Assembly: GCF_009914755.1 (NCBI RefSeq)
Contig: NC_060931.1
DNA: 64,000 nt
Reading direction: 5' to 3' (one strand)
DNA from: the human T2T-CHM13v2.0 reference genome, Homo sapiens
How positions within the stretch are numbered: the first letter of the stretch is position 1; each line of letters starts with the position of its first letter. Shown piece after piece: positions 1 through 13,780 of this stretch. Made by a program: the position numbers and the translations under genes. Below the pieces are notes generated by a model. It saw nothing but the letters and a program-made list of their open reading frames with translations, was not told the origin of the DNA and made no database searches.

Positions 1-59
1 GTCAAAAAATAATAACTACCGGGTACTATTCCCAGGCCTCTGTCATGGGGGAAGGGGAA

Positions 60-860
60 GCACAGGGGAGGCCAAGGAGTGGGGGGTGTGGAGGAAGAAG
101 GGCTGACGGCAGCTCAGGTCAGGCAGCAGGGACAGCACACTGACATCTCCAAGGAAGGGGTAAATAAGTGCCTCTGGAGACTGTAGGATTCCCAAGTGGC
201 CAGAGTGTCACAGGTCAGGAGGAGGGAGGCAGCAGTGAGGTCAGGGAGGAGGGAGGACCAGATCCACTTTGCATGTTTGTATAAAGTAAGTCTCAAACTG
301 GTATTTAGAGCTTTAGCCTAAAGGAAGTGTGAAGCCACTAAAACAAGGAAGGGCGACATCAGGTTTCCTTTTTCAATAAAGTGTTCTGTCCATTATGGAG
401 ACTGTATTAAGAGCAAAGGTGCAGACGAGGAGGCCGGTTAGGCTCCATGGGAGTTGAGTGGGAGAGGGAGGTTTGGACCACGCTGGAGGAGGCAGAAATG
501 GTGAGAGGCAGATGAATTCTAGAACCGTTAGGAGGTAGGAGCAGACGAACTCAGTGCTTGGTTGGACAAAAAGGATGAAGAAAGAGGACTGGAGAAAGAA
601 AGCTGTCCAAGTTCCTGACAGGGAGCTCTAAGCGGCAGAGGAACCATGACTAAGGCTAGACTTTTAAGGGAAGCTTGGGCATAGGAATAAAGATCCTGAG
701 TTTTTCTTGCATGGTGCTTGGGTGGCTGCGCAAAGCTCCAGTGGATGGGGACTGGGTCTGGACATCAGATGAGTGCTCTGACCTATCACAGAAATTGGAG
801 AGTTGGCGATGTTCACATGGTAACTAAGGCCAGAGGCAGGGACATGGCCCTAGTGTGTTC
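60..860 (-). mobile_element. Degenerate L2 LINE fragment(s)
   Basis: Purine-rich antisense-L2-like text (e.g. ggaggaggcagaaatggtgagaggcagatgaattctaga); highly diverged, boundaries approximate. Confidence 0.45.
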
Positions 861-3800
861 CTTCTTGCGTCTTTTCCTAGTTGGACCTTCTCCAAGGAGG
901 AAGGCAGTGCAGGGGAGCCTGCAGATGGGGCAGAGCTGGGGCAGCCTGAGAACCATCCAGGAAGCCAGTGGCTGTGGCAGGGAGCGGGAAGGAGCAAGGG
1001 TGCTGCACGGTGTGCGTCACCACTGAGAAGTCCAGTAGCGTCCACCAGGGCGTTGGACACAGAGCAGGATCTCAGTACGTAGATGTTGAATTCTCTCCGT
1101 CTTCTATTCAGATCTGCTTGGACCAGGGTTGAGAACATAATCTCTGCACCCAGAATGCAAGCTTGCTACTTGTTTCTTACACGACTTCATTTGTCAGCAA
1201 AGCTTCAGGTTTCATCGGGGTTTGGGAATGCTGACATCATAGACTGCTTTTTTCTGGAATCAGGCCACATTGATTATTTTCATGGTGACTGTAACTCCCA
1301 AGGAAGATGAGGTTATAAAATCAGAATAAAGACGTATGAACCAAAACAATACCTGGATTAAGAGGGCCCTGATAGATGATGCCGTCAGCAACTGTCCCAT
1401 GCCTGGCATCTCTGCTCAAGTCCTGTATGCTAATTTTGGACATGGTAGCTCTAAAGTGCCAATGGTGAGACCAGTGATGCCAAGTTTATTGTGGTGACAG
1501 TCACTCCGCAGGACAACAAGTGGAAGGGGATGGCACTTCTTGAGTCTTTCCCATCTGAGTAAATGCCTGAGGGAGTAAGGGCACTGAAACAGGCAGTGAA
1601 TTTTCAGCAGTTTAACTGTAGATTCCCCTTCCTTTGTGGTTGAGGGAGCTTCAGGAGTGGATCATATGTGAGGATGCTTTTAGCTGGCCTTCTCAGACGG
1701 CTGGGAGAGCAGAACTTCTCTTTCCCCACAAACACCCACACCAGATCCTTGTTTCTTGAAAAAGAAAAAAAAAAATTCTAGGCTCATGAGTCTCATTCCT
1801 TAAATTAAAATTTAAAATCAAATCAAATTACTTATGGCACAGAATAATGTTGCTTGCAACTTTTTATCCACTTTATCAAAATGAGTGTGGTCCTTGTGTG
1901 ATTTTTCCTTTTGCACGTCGGTTGCCCAGGCCAGGTATCTTGGCGGGGGTGGGGGAAACAATGTTGTTTGTGTGGGTAATGTTGCTGATTTTGTTTGCTT
2001 GGGATACACGCTAAGTTAACCTCGTTGGACTTTTCCCCAGGAATTGATGCGCGTACACGTGGTGGGTCATTATGCTGCTGCACCTGTGTAGTGTGAAGGT
2101 CAGTGTGCTTTTCTGATTATAAGAAACCATCCATGTCATTCCATTATAAACCCACTCCACTCATAATGGAATGTGCCTCAGCCTAGGGCCATTGCGGTTG
2201 CCCAGCCCAGGAATTATCTCAAGTGTGGCTGGACATTTGAGATCCATCACCCTCCCTCCCCACCACCTGCATCCACCCCAGAATTCGACTGTGCTCCATT
2301 TTGAGATGATGTTTTTGCATGTGGAGTCCTCCTTGTGTGATGTGAACGTACAGTTGTTACAAGTGAATTTGTACCTGGAAACATTCTATGATGCTACTTC
2401 CAGAATTACAGCTGAGAGCTCCGCTGTCTATGGGTAATTGCTGTACAGTTGATATGGACAGACAGAAATAGGCCTTGAGACAAGAGCAACAGCTTCTCCT
2501 CCTGACTCAGAGCCAGGCCATCCTCTGGGAGGCTGATGGCTCATTAGGATGGGCCCTTGCAGCAGGGTTGCTTTCCCTGGAAGTACTTTCCACCAGCTCC
2601 CCAAGACTTCCTGCCAATGCTCCTCCTTCCTCTGTGTCATGGTTTTACTTTTGGTGACAGCCCAGGTTTACAGTCATCACAGCTCACATTTACTGGGCAC
2701 CATGAATCATGGTTTGTGCCGAATGAGCTCCCCATGAGCTCCTCTCCTGAGAGGTAGGTATGATCATTGTCCCCATTTGATGTACGAGGGAACTGGGTCA
2801 TGGAGGGTTGAGTGGCTGCTCTGAAGTCTCCCAGTGGGTAACTGAGGAGCATTGATTCCCACTGAGGTCTGCCTGTCTGAGCTGGAGTCCATCCACTGGG
2901 CCCTGTGCTGCTCGGGTAATACTCAGCCAATCCTGATGTGAGGCTTTTCTCTAAAAAGGAAATAAAAGCCCACATTTGCATAGCACTTTGCAAATTTATT
3001 AAGCACATCCACATGCATATTCAGCTAATCCTTGAAATAACCCTGCAAGAAGGAGAGGGACGCCCTGAGATGTTCAGTGTGTGCCTTGGTACGCGTCAGC
3101 GGGCGGGAAGATGAGGCCACGCTCACATGCAGAGGCAGCTTCTCCTCTGCCACAGGGCCCTGCTGCCTACTCATGCAGAGGGCAGCTCTCTTAATTCACA
3201 AGTTCTGCCTAATGCACTTAAAGAATGAGCATAGCATGTGTTGGATTAAGGAAGCATTAAATTAATACTTAATCCTGTGCTGCCAAACATCCAGGAACAG
3301 TGTCAGCACAGTCACTTAAATTCCCCTTTATCTCCTTGAGTATCCCAGCTTGGTGTGCGCTCAGGAGCCACTTCCTCTGTACCATTTTCACAACTCAGAG
3401 CTCAGCAAAGCCTTGATTTCCCCAGTTCACTCAGCTTACTCCACCCTCCAGCCATCCCTTGGGGAAGGCGTTAATTTTGCTAAGAGAAAGTTTCCATAGC
3501 ACTCAGTCTGTTTGCATTCCCCTTGGACTTCGGTGTTTTCTCTTTGGCTTTAAAGATAGAATGAGAAGTAGTTTTTAAATACCAAGCAGTTCCTTCTGAG
3601 TGCATTTCACATTCAGGAAGAATGCCGCCTCTTTCTTCTTTCCAGGACTAGTGTCCTTGGGAAGTTAGGGCTTCTCAGTCCTAGACAATCTCAGCTCATG
3701 GCATCTTCAGATACAAGCTTTGCCTTGAAATAAAACTCCTGGAACCAAACAGCAAAGCCAAATACGCACACAGATCATCATAGGGGATTTTATTCAGTGA

Positions 3801-4221
3801 TCCAGGAAACAGAAGGCCAAGTATTCTCCCCTGACATTTATGTGAGTGAGTTCTCACTGGGTAACATGAGAGAGAAGACTGGGATCCCAGCTGATGCTGT
3901 CAAGGACTTAGCTTGTGAAACAAAACATGAGCATCAGTACAGCCTCCTGCAATGACACAGGGAACCTGAAAGGACAGGATGCAGCAACCTTATTTCCAGG
4001 TTTCCTGGAAGTTAAATGCAAAGCTCCTTACCCCGCACCTTACTCAGTAAAGGGAATCTATGGCCCCATAACTTCTGTGCTTTCATGTAAATCTTCAAAA
4101 TTAAAAATAATCTCAAAGTTCCCTACACCTTCCCCTAATATTTTATAAGAAGATTCATCATGCTGTGAAATGAGTCTGCAGCACTACTAGCTGGACTTAT
4201 GAAAATATCTGGAAATAAGCT

Positions 4222-4473
<252 letters not shown>

Positions 4474-4602
4474 GAAAGGAAATAAACTAGGGATCATTTA
4501 ATTGACCACTTAATGTATTTTCAGCTTCTGGAATGATCCTTAGCAGGATGAATGCTTATCTCTGGGAGAGGCTCATACAAGGAAGAATTTTATGCTATAA
4601 AC

Positions 4603-4728
4603 ACCGGTTCTCAACCAGGGGTACATCGCAAACCACCAAGTCTAGCTCTGCACGTGAAGCCTGTGTAGTTGCACACTGAAAAGGTCTCTAGGTGATTCTG
4701 GTATGCACTCCTGGTTGAGAAACACTAG
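4603..4728. mobile_element. MER5-like hAT-Charlie MITE fossil
   Basis: Terminal ggttctcaacc / ggttgagaaacact inverted ends and internal aggtgattctggtatgcac motif. Confidence 0.55.
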
Positions 4729-4829
4729 CTAGACCTGACGGGAACTAAGCCTTTCCACATCTGTGAATAAGAGAATGAGAAAGAAATCTGTGCTGAAGAT
4801 CTTTATGCTACAAAGACAAGTATCTTGTC

Positions 4830-5220
4830 ACCCAAAGATGGCTTTCTAAGCCTATCAAAGGCCCTCTGTGGAGAAAAAACAAAACATGCATTGCAAATGA
4901 CTGGCATCTCTGTGTCTGTTAGGTCCCCTGAGAGGGCAAGAGAGAACTAACGTTTGTGACAGGGAAAGGGAGGAAGTGGAATTGTGTGGGGGCTGCAGCC
5001 TGGCAGAGCCTCTGCCAGCCCAGTGGACTCTCAGGAGCAAAAACTGCCTGTTCAGAGACCCAGTGTTGGGTGGGAATGGCTAGACCCCTGCATCCCCAAC
5101 TAGCTTAATGTTAGGCCAAGGCACCCTAAAGAGAGCCTGAGCACCCCTCCATACATAGGTGGAGTGGAAGGAGTTGGTGGCTGGAAGCTGTCAGCTGACA
5201 GCATCCTGACAACTAGGCAA
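4830..5220. mobile_element. Old MaLR (MLT1-type) LTR fragment
   Basis: Resembles MLT1 consensus text (gcctctgccagcccagtggactctcaggagcaaaaactgcc); diverged. Confidence 0.4.
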
Positions 5221-5529
5221 TGAATCTGTTCTTAAAAGAGAAGCACAGCTCCATGTCTGCTATACTCTCCAAAGACTAGAAAATCAGTTCCTCTGGGCTG
5301 TTCAGAGTTTAGCTCTGTTTTGACTACAATGCCAAGGTGTGATCCTTTGGTGGAATTTACTGCCTTAAGGTAGAGGAATGAAGGGAGGACAATGGAAGAA
5401 ATATGCAGGAAAACTTGGTTCATTTGATTTCCTTCTGTTTAGGGCATGTGCTAGATGGCAGGACATGGAAGAATAGGGCACTAAAATTTGAGGGATCATA
5501 ACAACTTCTCATGTCGAAAGTGAAGCCCA

Positions 5530-5795
5530 GACCAGGCACAGTGGCTCATGCCTGTAATCCAGCACTTTGGGAGGGGGATAGCGGGAGGATAGCTTGAGAC
5601 CAGTCTATATAAGCCTGGGCAACATGGTGAGACCCCATCTCTAATAAAAATAAAATTTTAGCCAGGCATGGCAGTGCACCTGCAGTCACAGTTACTCTGG
5701 TGGTTGAGGCAGAATTGCTTGAGCCCAGGAGTTAGAGGCTGCAGTGGGCTATAATCGTGCCATTGCACTCCAGCCTAGGCAACAGAGCAAGATGC
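5530..5795 (+). mobile_element. AluJ-type SINE
   Basis: accaggcacagtggctcatgcctgtaatcc...ttgagcccaggagttagaggctgcagtg...cagcctaggcaacagagcaaga. Confidence 0.9.
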
Positions 5796-5796
5796 T

Positions 5797-6330
5797 ATGG
5801 AAGGAAAGAAAGAGAGAGAGAGAGGAAGGAAGGGGAGAGGGAGGGAGGGAGGGAGGAAGGAAGGGGAGAGGGAGGGAGGGAAGAAGGAAGGAAGAAAGGA
5901 AGGAAGGAGGGAGGGAGGAAGGGAAAGAGGAAAAAAGAGAGAGAAAAAAAGAAAAGAAGGAGGGAAGGAAAGAAAAGAAAGAGAGAGAAAGGTAAGAAGG
6001 AAGGAAGAAGGAAGGAAGGAAAGAAAGAAGAAAGCAAGCAAGAAGGGAGGGAGGGAGAGAGGAAGGAAGGAAGGAGGGAGGAAGGGAAAGAGGAAAAAAG
6101 AGAGAGAAAAAAGGAGGGAAGGAAAGAAAAAGAGAAAGGAAAGAAGGAAGGAAGAAGGAAGGAAGGAAAGAAAGAGAGAAAGAAGAAAGCAAGCAAGAAG
6201 GGAGGGAGGGAGAGAGGAAGGAAGGAAGGGAGGGAGGGAGGGAAAACAATGGAGAGAGGGAGGGAAGAGAAAGACAAAGGAGAGGAGGAGAGGTGAGGAG
6301 AGGAGAGAAAGAAGAAGAAAGAGAGAGGAG
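5797..6330 (+). repeat. ~530-bp polypurine (GA/GGAA/GAAA) tract grown from the Alu tail
   Basis: Almost exclusively A/G on the + strand; explains the K/E/R- and S/L/P/F-rich ORFs in the ORF track. Confidence 0.95.
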
Positions 6331-6832
6331 CCCAGAGAGGTTGTGTGTCATCAGAGATCACCCAGAGATCGCAGGGCTGAGGTGGAGCCCCAGGGCTCCT
6401 GACAGCAACACCCCTCTCCTGACACAGAATGGGCATTGTTACATCAGTCTCCTTCACCCCATACTCTACACAATAAAGAAAATCTGTGGCTCCAGAACTT
6501 TTATGTTCTTGCTTAAATCTTCCAAACTGAAAACGATCCTGAGGTTCCCTACACCATACCCCGCCCCACCACATCCTTCATCTAGACACATCCTGGGTCT
6601 AGAACGTATCAGGAGACAGAGGTGTAGAACCACAGCCAGCTTCCCTAAACTTCCACTAATCTCCGGCTTGCTTTTGGTTATAATGTTGTGCAGATATAAA
6701 TTGACAAAGTCATGAGAAGCCTCTCTTCTAACTCTGCAGTTTGTCATCCTGACACCAACAGAAAATCAGGACATCATTAATTCTCTACACTTATTGATTT
6801 GGAACCTCCATTGTAAGGCCGGCTGCTTTACT

Positions 6833-6960
6833 CTCCCTCCTCCTCCTCCTCCTCCTCCTTTTCCTCCTCCTCCTCCTCCTCCTCCTCCTTTTCCTCCTCC
6901 TTCTCCTGTCCCTCTTCCCCCATCTCCCCGTTCTCCTCCTGTTTCCCCTCCCCCTCCTCA
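6833..6960 (+). repeat. (CCT)n trinucleotide / polypyrimidine tract
   Basis: Two (CCT)n blocks each ending in TTT, followed by C/T-rich sequence. Confidence 0.95.
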
Positions 6961-7134
6961 TAGTTTTCAGGGTCGGAGTCCTAGGCCACTCTATTGCAAC
7001 AGCTACCAAAGAGAAAGGGGCTGAATCTGTGTGCATGTGAGGCCACGACCTCTAGACCCCAGTGACTTAGGGGCCTCCCTGCCTCCCCTCTAGCTCTTCG
7101 CCAGTCATTGCCTGAACTCGGCTTTCCTGGACCT

Positions 7135-7650
7135 TAGGGGATAAATAGTGTGGTCCAGCACTGCCCTGGGTGAGCTGAGTCATGCCCTTGGCAGGGTCGA
7201 GGAGCTCCCGTGAGGAGACCAATCGCCTAGCGTGAGTCTTCTTCCGGGATTGCTCGCCCTCTGCCCCCTAGGTGCCGGGCGCCGCCCGTCCCCACCTCCA
7301 TCAGAACTCGGGTCATCTGCGGAGCCTTGGCTGCGGCCCGGTACCTGGGTGTGACTCCGCCACTAACATTTTCCCAGCAGGAAGCAGCAAGCTCAGCACA
7401 GAAATAAAACTGTCCTGGTGAGTCGCTCACAGCCTGTCCCAGTAACTGTTCCGGAGCGTCAGCCTGACGCAGCACCCCTGAAGGACCACGCCGTGCGGGC
7501 TGCGAGCCTCGCCCTTAACCATGCCCAGCAGGACCAGAGCTGCCAGCACAAATGAAGGTCCTGGCCATTGAACAACTTCTGAGCCTGCACTTTAAGAAGG
7601 CGCTCTTGTTTTGAATACGTAGTCTGTCCTGTTCTTTCAAAGTAAGTGCT
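7135..7650 (+). promoter_or_regulatory. Putative promoter/enhancer with first-exon-like end
   Basis: Roughly two dozen CpGs in 7190-7520; ATAAATA 7141; TGAGTCA 7176-7182; CCAAT ~7219; GC-rich gggcgccgccc; GCGTCAG-C-CTGACGC 7456-7470; donor AAA|GTAAGT 7641/7642. Confidence 0.5.
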
Positions 7651-8280
7651 TTTATCAAGGGCCTGGACTGTCTTTTAAACATATTTTTTTCTCACTTGTA
7701 CATTAAAGGGAAATGTATTTCTGTCTAGAAAAGGAGACCGGGAGAGGAATGAGACTGTGCGGTATTCAGGCTTGGTTTAAACTAGGGCATGCACACTGCA
7801 TAGCTATTTTCTTCAGGCAGCATGTGGCCAAAAAACATGCGTGTGTAGCTGACTGTTTTGAGCTTTGTTTATTTTAAGTACTGTATACTGAGGGATTTTG
7901 TTCAAGCAAAGGAGTACCAGCTTTATATGCAGCCACAGATGCCTCTCTTGCTTGGTAGTGCTAGATTTAGAGCTCAAAATTTTCCTTTTCAGCAAGAACT
8001 AGAAGTTCCCTAGTAGTATTTTTTCCCCTCATGCCTGTTTGCACTGTGCAGAATTCTTAGAGAACACGGCTTTGCAAATGTTCTGCGGCAGTCTCAGGAT
8101 AGCACGGTATGTCAGCAGATATGGGTCCCGGGCCTGTTTGCTTAGCTATGCTTTCTTAATGCAGGTTCTTGCTTTACACGATTTCAGACAATAACTCAGT
8201 ATTTTCATGATCACAGCTGAATATACGCCACGGATGGATGTGTATTTTTCTTCCTCTCTTGCAGATTTTTTTTAACCAAA

Positions 8281-8322
8281 ACACACACACACACACGCGC
8301 ACACACACATACACACACACAC
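8281..8322. repeat. (CA)n microsatellite, interrupted
   Basis: acacacacacacacacgcgcacacacacatacac... Confidence 0.95.
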
Positions 8323-9424
8323 AGAAATACAAAATAAAACTGGATTTGGTAGCATTGTGTTTGTCTTAAAATTCTGGATAGGGATTATGCTGGGTCACTC
8401 TGGTCCACAGCAGCCTCATGAACTACTCTGAATTCGATGACAGACCCTGAAATGAGGGGTCTGTGACACCAACTCAGCCTGGCTTGGATGTTGTAGATGG
8501 GAGCATGGACCAGTCATTCCTTTTCAACTGGGCCACTATTTATTGAGCGCCTACTGTGTACCAGATATAGTCAAAAAATGAGAGATACAGCTGTTAGCAA
8601 ACAGGTCTCTGGCCTCCTGGAGGTTTTATTCTAGCTGTGAGAAGGAGTGTCAGAAAATGAAGAACCCACACAAGTGTAGAACACAATGTAAAGCCCTAGG
8701 AAGTGCTAAGAAGAGAGGACAGGGGAAGGAAGGTGGAGAAGAGAGCGCCAGGAACGTCCTGTGTGTACCTGCCCTGCCTTGTACTTCCGCCTCTGGGTAC
8801 AATCTAAAAACCCATGCTGTCTCTCTGAACTTGCGTAAAAAAATAGCCCAGAGGTCACCAACTCATGCTCCCTTGCAAGTTTATTTTATTTGGCTGCCGG
8901 TGCTTTTTGATTTTTTAGGTTTGATTTTATTAATGATTTTTTAAATAAAAACAGGCAATTTTATGTAAAAATTCAGAATCTTAGCTTCTCTTGAAAAAAA
9001 TCAAAAGCTCCTACAGTCCTGGGCCCACCCTCTGCTTAGCCACAGAGCTGAGTGAGGAGGGCCCTGTTAGGCCGGAGGGCATATGACCTTCAGATCCTCA
9101 CAGCTCCTACTTAGCTCACCTCCTCTGAAGGCAGCTGTGTTTTAGCCTATTTTGTTGCTGGCCCTACAATCATTCGTTACTTCTCCCAGGGCAGCAATGC
9201 TTCTGGTGTCAGGGACCCCACCCCCCTTACTGGATGGGCCCTGTGGATGCTTCCTCCTCTGGCTTTCTCTCCCAGTCATTTTATTGAGGTTTGCCTCTCC
9301 TTGAGGGCTGCAAGGGGTGGTGAAGGTGCCAAGCTATCAGAGTCCCAGGCCAAGTCACAGAAGCTGTCTGTCGAAGAATGAGCCCTGTCCTTCTGCAATC
9401 CCAGATTCCTTTTGCCTAGCCTAG

Positions 9425-9817
<393 letters not shown>

Positions 9818-10519
9818 TAAATAGCTAAGATGCTTTTGGAGTTACGGGTTCATTACACTCCTGCCTAATTAAAACCCAGCCGATGCTCTGGTTATTTCCT
9901 CTTTTCTCCCTTATACAATTCCACCCACAAAGTCCTTCTCAGACTCTTTCTTCCCCAAATGGAATTAGCTGAAGCGCATGTTATTTTGCTCCAGTTACTG
10001 TTTATTTATTTCCATGTGGCTGTTCAGAGTAGAATGCTATTACCTGACAGGTAGGTGTAGAAACTCAGCAATCGCAAGAGGCAGTGTCATTCATCCAGGC
10101 TGGACCCAGTGCTCTGGGGGGGTACATTCCACGGGGTCCTTGGCTTGACTTGTAAGAATCTCAGCATCCAGCAGTATCCTCCTCCTGTCTCTGCTGATTC
10201 AACCAATGTTGGTCTAGAATTCACTCCCTTAACACACAGAATATTTCCAAATGTGCATCACTATCAGAACCATACACCTGCGAGCCCTCTACTCAGCATA
10301 TAAGTGTTTCACTTACACTCATCACCCTTCCTTACTCCATGATAGATAATAGGTTTTTCTCTGGGCAATGCCTTCCCCTGCTACGTGGGTCTTTCAGTAG
10401 CTCACCTCTGAGCATCCTCCCCAGGTTTCTGCCCCCGGTCAGTATCCGTGTCAGTGAGGAGTTGTCTGATGCTCACTCCCAGGGCTTGTGGTTCTTCTGC
10501 TGAGAGTGGATCTCTTCAT

Positions 10520-10690
10520 AGCTGTCTTAGGGCCATGTGTACTTACACCCAAGAACTGGCAGCTTTAGCATCACCTGGGAGCTCCAAAAAGTAAACTCCA
10601 GAGCCCACTCCAGAAATGCTGAATCAATATCTGCACTTTAATAAGATTTCCAGGTAATTCATGCAGACATTTAAGTTGGGAACACCCTGG
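10520..10690. mobile_element. MER5A hAT MITE
   Basis: agcatcacctgggagct...ctgaatcaatatctgcactttaataagatttccaggtaattcatgc, typical MER5A core. Confidence 0.7.
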
Positions 10691-11672
10691 CTTATACCAT
10701 GGCCCAAGCCATGCAGAGGCTTTCACAGCTACCTCTGGGCCCATTGATCCCAGCCTCTCATTAAAAACTCCCTTCACCAATGTACAGATGTCATTTGATC
10801 ATTGGTTATGAGTTCCCATAGTCATACCCACGCATTTTGTAACCTTCATCATGGATAGTTACACTCTCCATCTATAGGTAAATATAACTAGCAGTTGGCC
10901 AGACTATAAAAGATCCTTGGGAGCTAAGTCATTTATTATAAAACACCTAAATGGTTACTGGGGGAAAGTAGTCTTGCAGTGTAGTTTAACAGTAGATGTA
11001 GAATGTGGAAAAACTAATTAAAGTCAATAAAAGACAGTTGTTGTTAAATACACTGTTAACCACCAATCGAACAAGACAAAAGTGGTTAAGAGCTGACACG
11101 GGAGTCCAGTGGCCAACCTTGGTTAGAGTTCAACTTTGCTTCCAGCTGCGTAACCTTGGAGAAGTTATTTAGCCCAGTCATTTGCAAGTCTGTCTGCTCA
11201 GTAAAATCATCTGTGGAGCTTGGACATGGATTTTCAGCTGCTTGGGATTTACCTGGTTCAGTAGCTGGTCAAGGCTCAAACATCCGCACTTTAAAAAAAA
11301 AAAAAATCCTGGTCATTTTGATGCACAGCCCGTTTCGGGAACCACTGGCAACCTCTTGGAGCCTCTCATTCCTCCTTTCTTGAATGAGGACAGTAACAGA
11401 GAAGCCTCCTGAGTTTTTGAGAGAACTGAACGGTAGCATGAAGGGAAGGAAGAGTCCTGCCACATGCCTACACATAGTTGTTGCTCACTTGTTGGTAGTG
11501 ATGATGACGGTGATGACCATGGTGGTGGTGATGGCGAGGATGCAGGCTCCATTTACACACTCACTGAATAAACTCAAATCTAGCCTCCTTTATTTCTCAA
11601 ATACAAGCCTTACTTTATGTACACATCTGTTTAGAAGCCCACAAACATAGATTGTCAGAATAAACCCTATTA

Positions 11673-12119
<447 letters not shown>

Positions 12120-13477
12120 TTATAACTGAGGAAACAGGCTTAGAGAAGTGAGGGGCTTGCTTAAAGCTGCCCACTGTGCAACCTTGAGTGAGGTTTAGAT
12201 CTCTGGACTCTGAGTCTGTGCTGACTGCTGGTCTTTCTATCTAAAGCTCATATTAAGGGAAATTTTCCAGGCAAATCTTGATTGACTGGTAATGAATATC
12301 CCCAGATTAGATGAACAATTGCCTGGGAAGCGTCTTTGTTTCCTGAGTCAGGCTCCAATTTAGTCTTATCGTCAGGTCTTTTCAAATCCCAGGAGACCAA
12401 ACACAGAAGATCTTTTTTTTCCAGTGGAGAATCAATGACCACTGAGAGTAAAATAATGAAGCCCCACTTAAGTGAAAATAACACAGGTAATTGTTAGAGA
12501 GAAGAAATATGGCATGGCCCAGTAACTCTATATTGTAGCACTTGTATTTGCAATTTTTCATGAATTCGTTCAGGTAATTAATTTTATGAAATAATGCCAG
12601 GTGGCATGGTTCCACTTTCCCAGCCCTCCTGGAAATATCTGACTTACTAGACAAGCACTTTTACTGGAAAGTTATGTCAAGGAGTTCAGGAGAATGTACT
12701 GGAAAACACACAAATCAAACATTAAGTCAATATACAATCTGCTGACACCATACTAGCAGGAACCTCAACAAAAGCCCCCTTGCCTCCCCCACCATTGTCA
12801 GCAGAGAGTTCAGCCTTCCAGCTTTCTTAGATATGATATACGAAAGTGTATGAGGAGCCAGGAATTTCCTCAGCTGCACCTCAGTTTAATTACCATCTCT
12901 CTTCGCTTCCAGCACTGGTCGTAATGCCCAGAGAGATGGCTACTCTCTACTTTTGAAAACCACAGAACCAACTGTAACTGTATCTATCTAAACTTGTCTT
13001 TGCTAGAGTCATTTATACACCCTAACCTTCTTTTATGTCACTAGAAGAAGGGATGTTGAATCACCCCCACTAGGGGCTGCCATCTTGGTTTGCTCCCCTC
13101 ATCACCTTTTCTATTGTTGACTAAGGATAGCTTTGTCATTCCTTGCTGGGCTGTGCAATAGCTACTTTACACTCAGTCCAGTGATCCATAATTACAAGTT
13201 TAGAAGAGGAAACACAATGCCCTAGTCAATTAAGACAATTAGATGTTAGAACACAAACTCTATGTTATTTAAGAATTAGGGCATCAAAAACTTGACAAGT
13301 GTGCCCAATGTGATCCAAGGAGCTAACCCAACTATGCTAATACCTCATCTGGAATTCTACTTCCAAGCAAAAGAGTTTGAAATAAAAATAGCTGGAGAGA
13401 GTCAAGTACTGTTCCAGGTACTACATTACCTTATTTTGATAACTTCAGTCACCGTTGCATAAAATAAGATTTATTCA

Positions 13478-13780
<303 letters not shown>

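Noticed and set aside
5880-6240. GGAA microsatellite as an EWS-FLI1 response element
   Set aside because: Consecutive GGAA runs are only about three units long, interrupted by GGGA/GAAA
5744-7036. Long ORFs (up to 259 aa) rich in K/E/R, S/L/P/F or poly-P/poly-R
   Set aside because: Artefacts of polypurine/polypyrimidine tracts, which cannot contain stop codons
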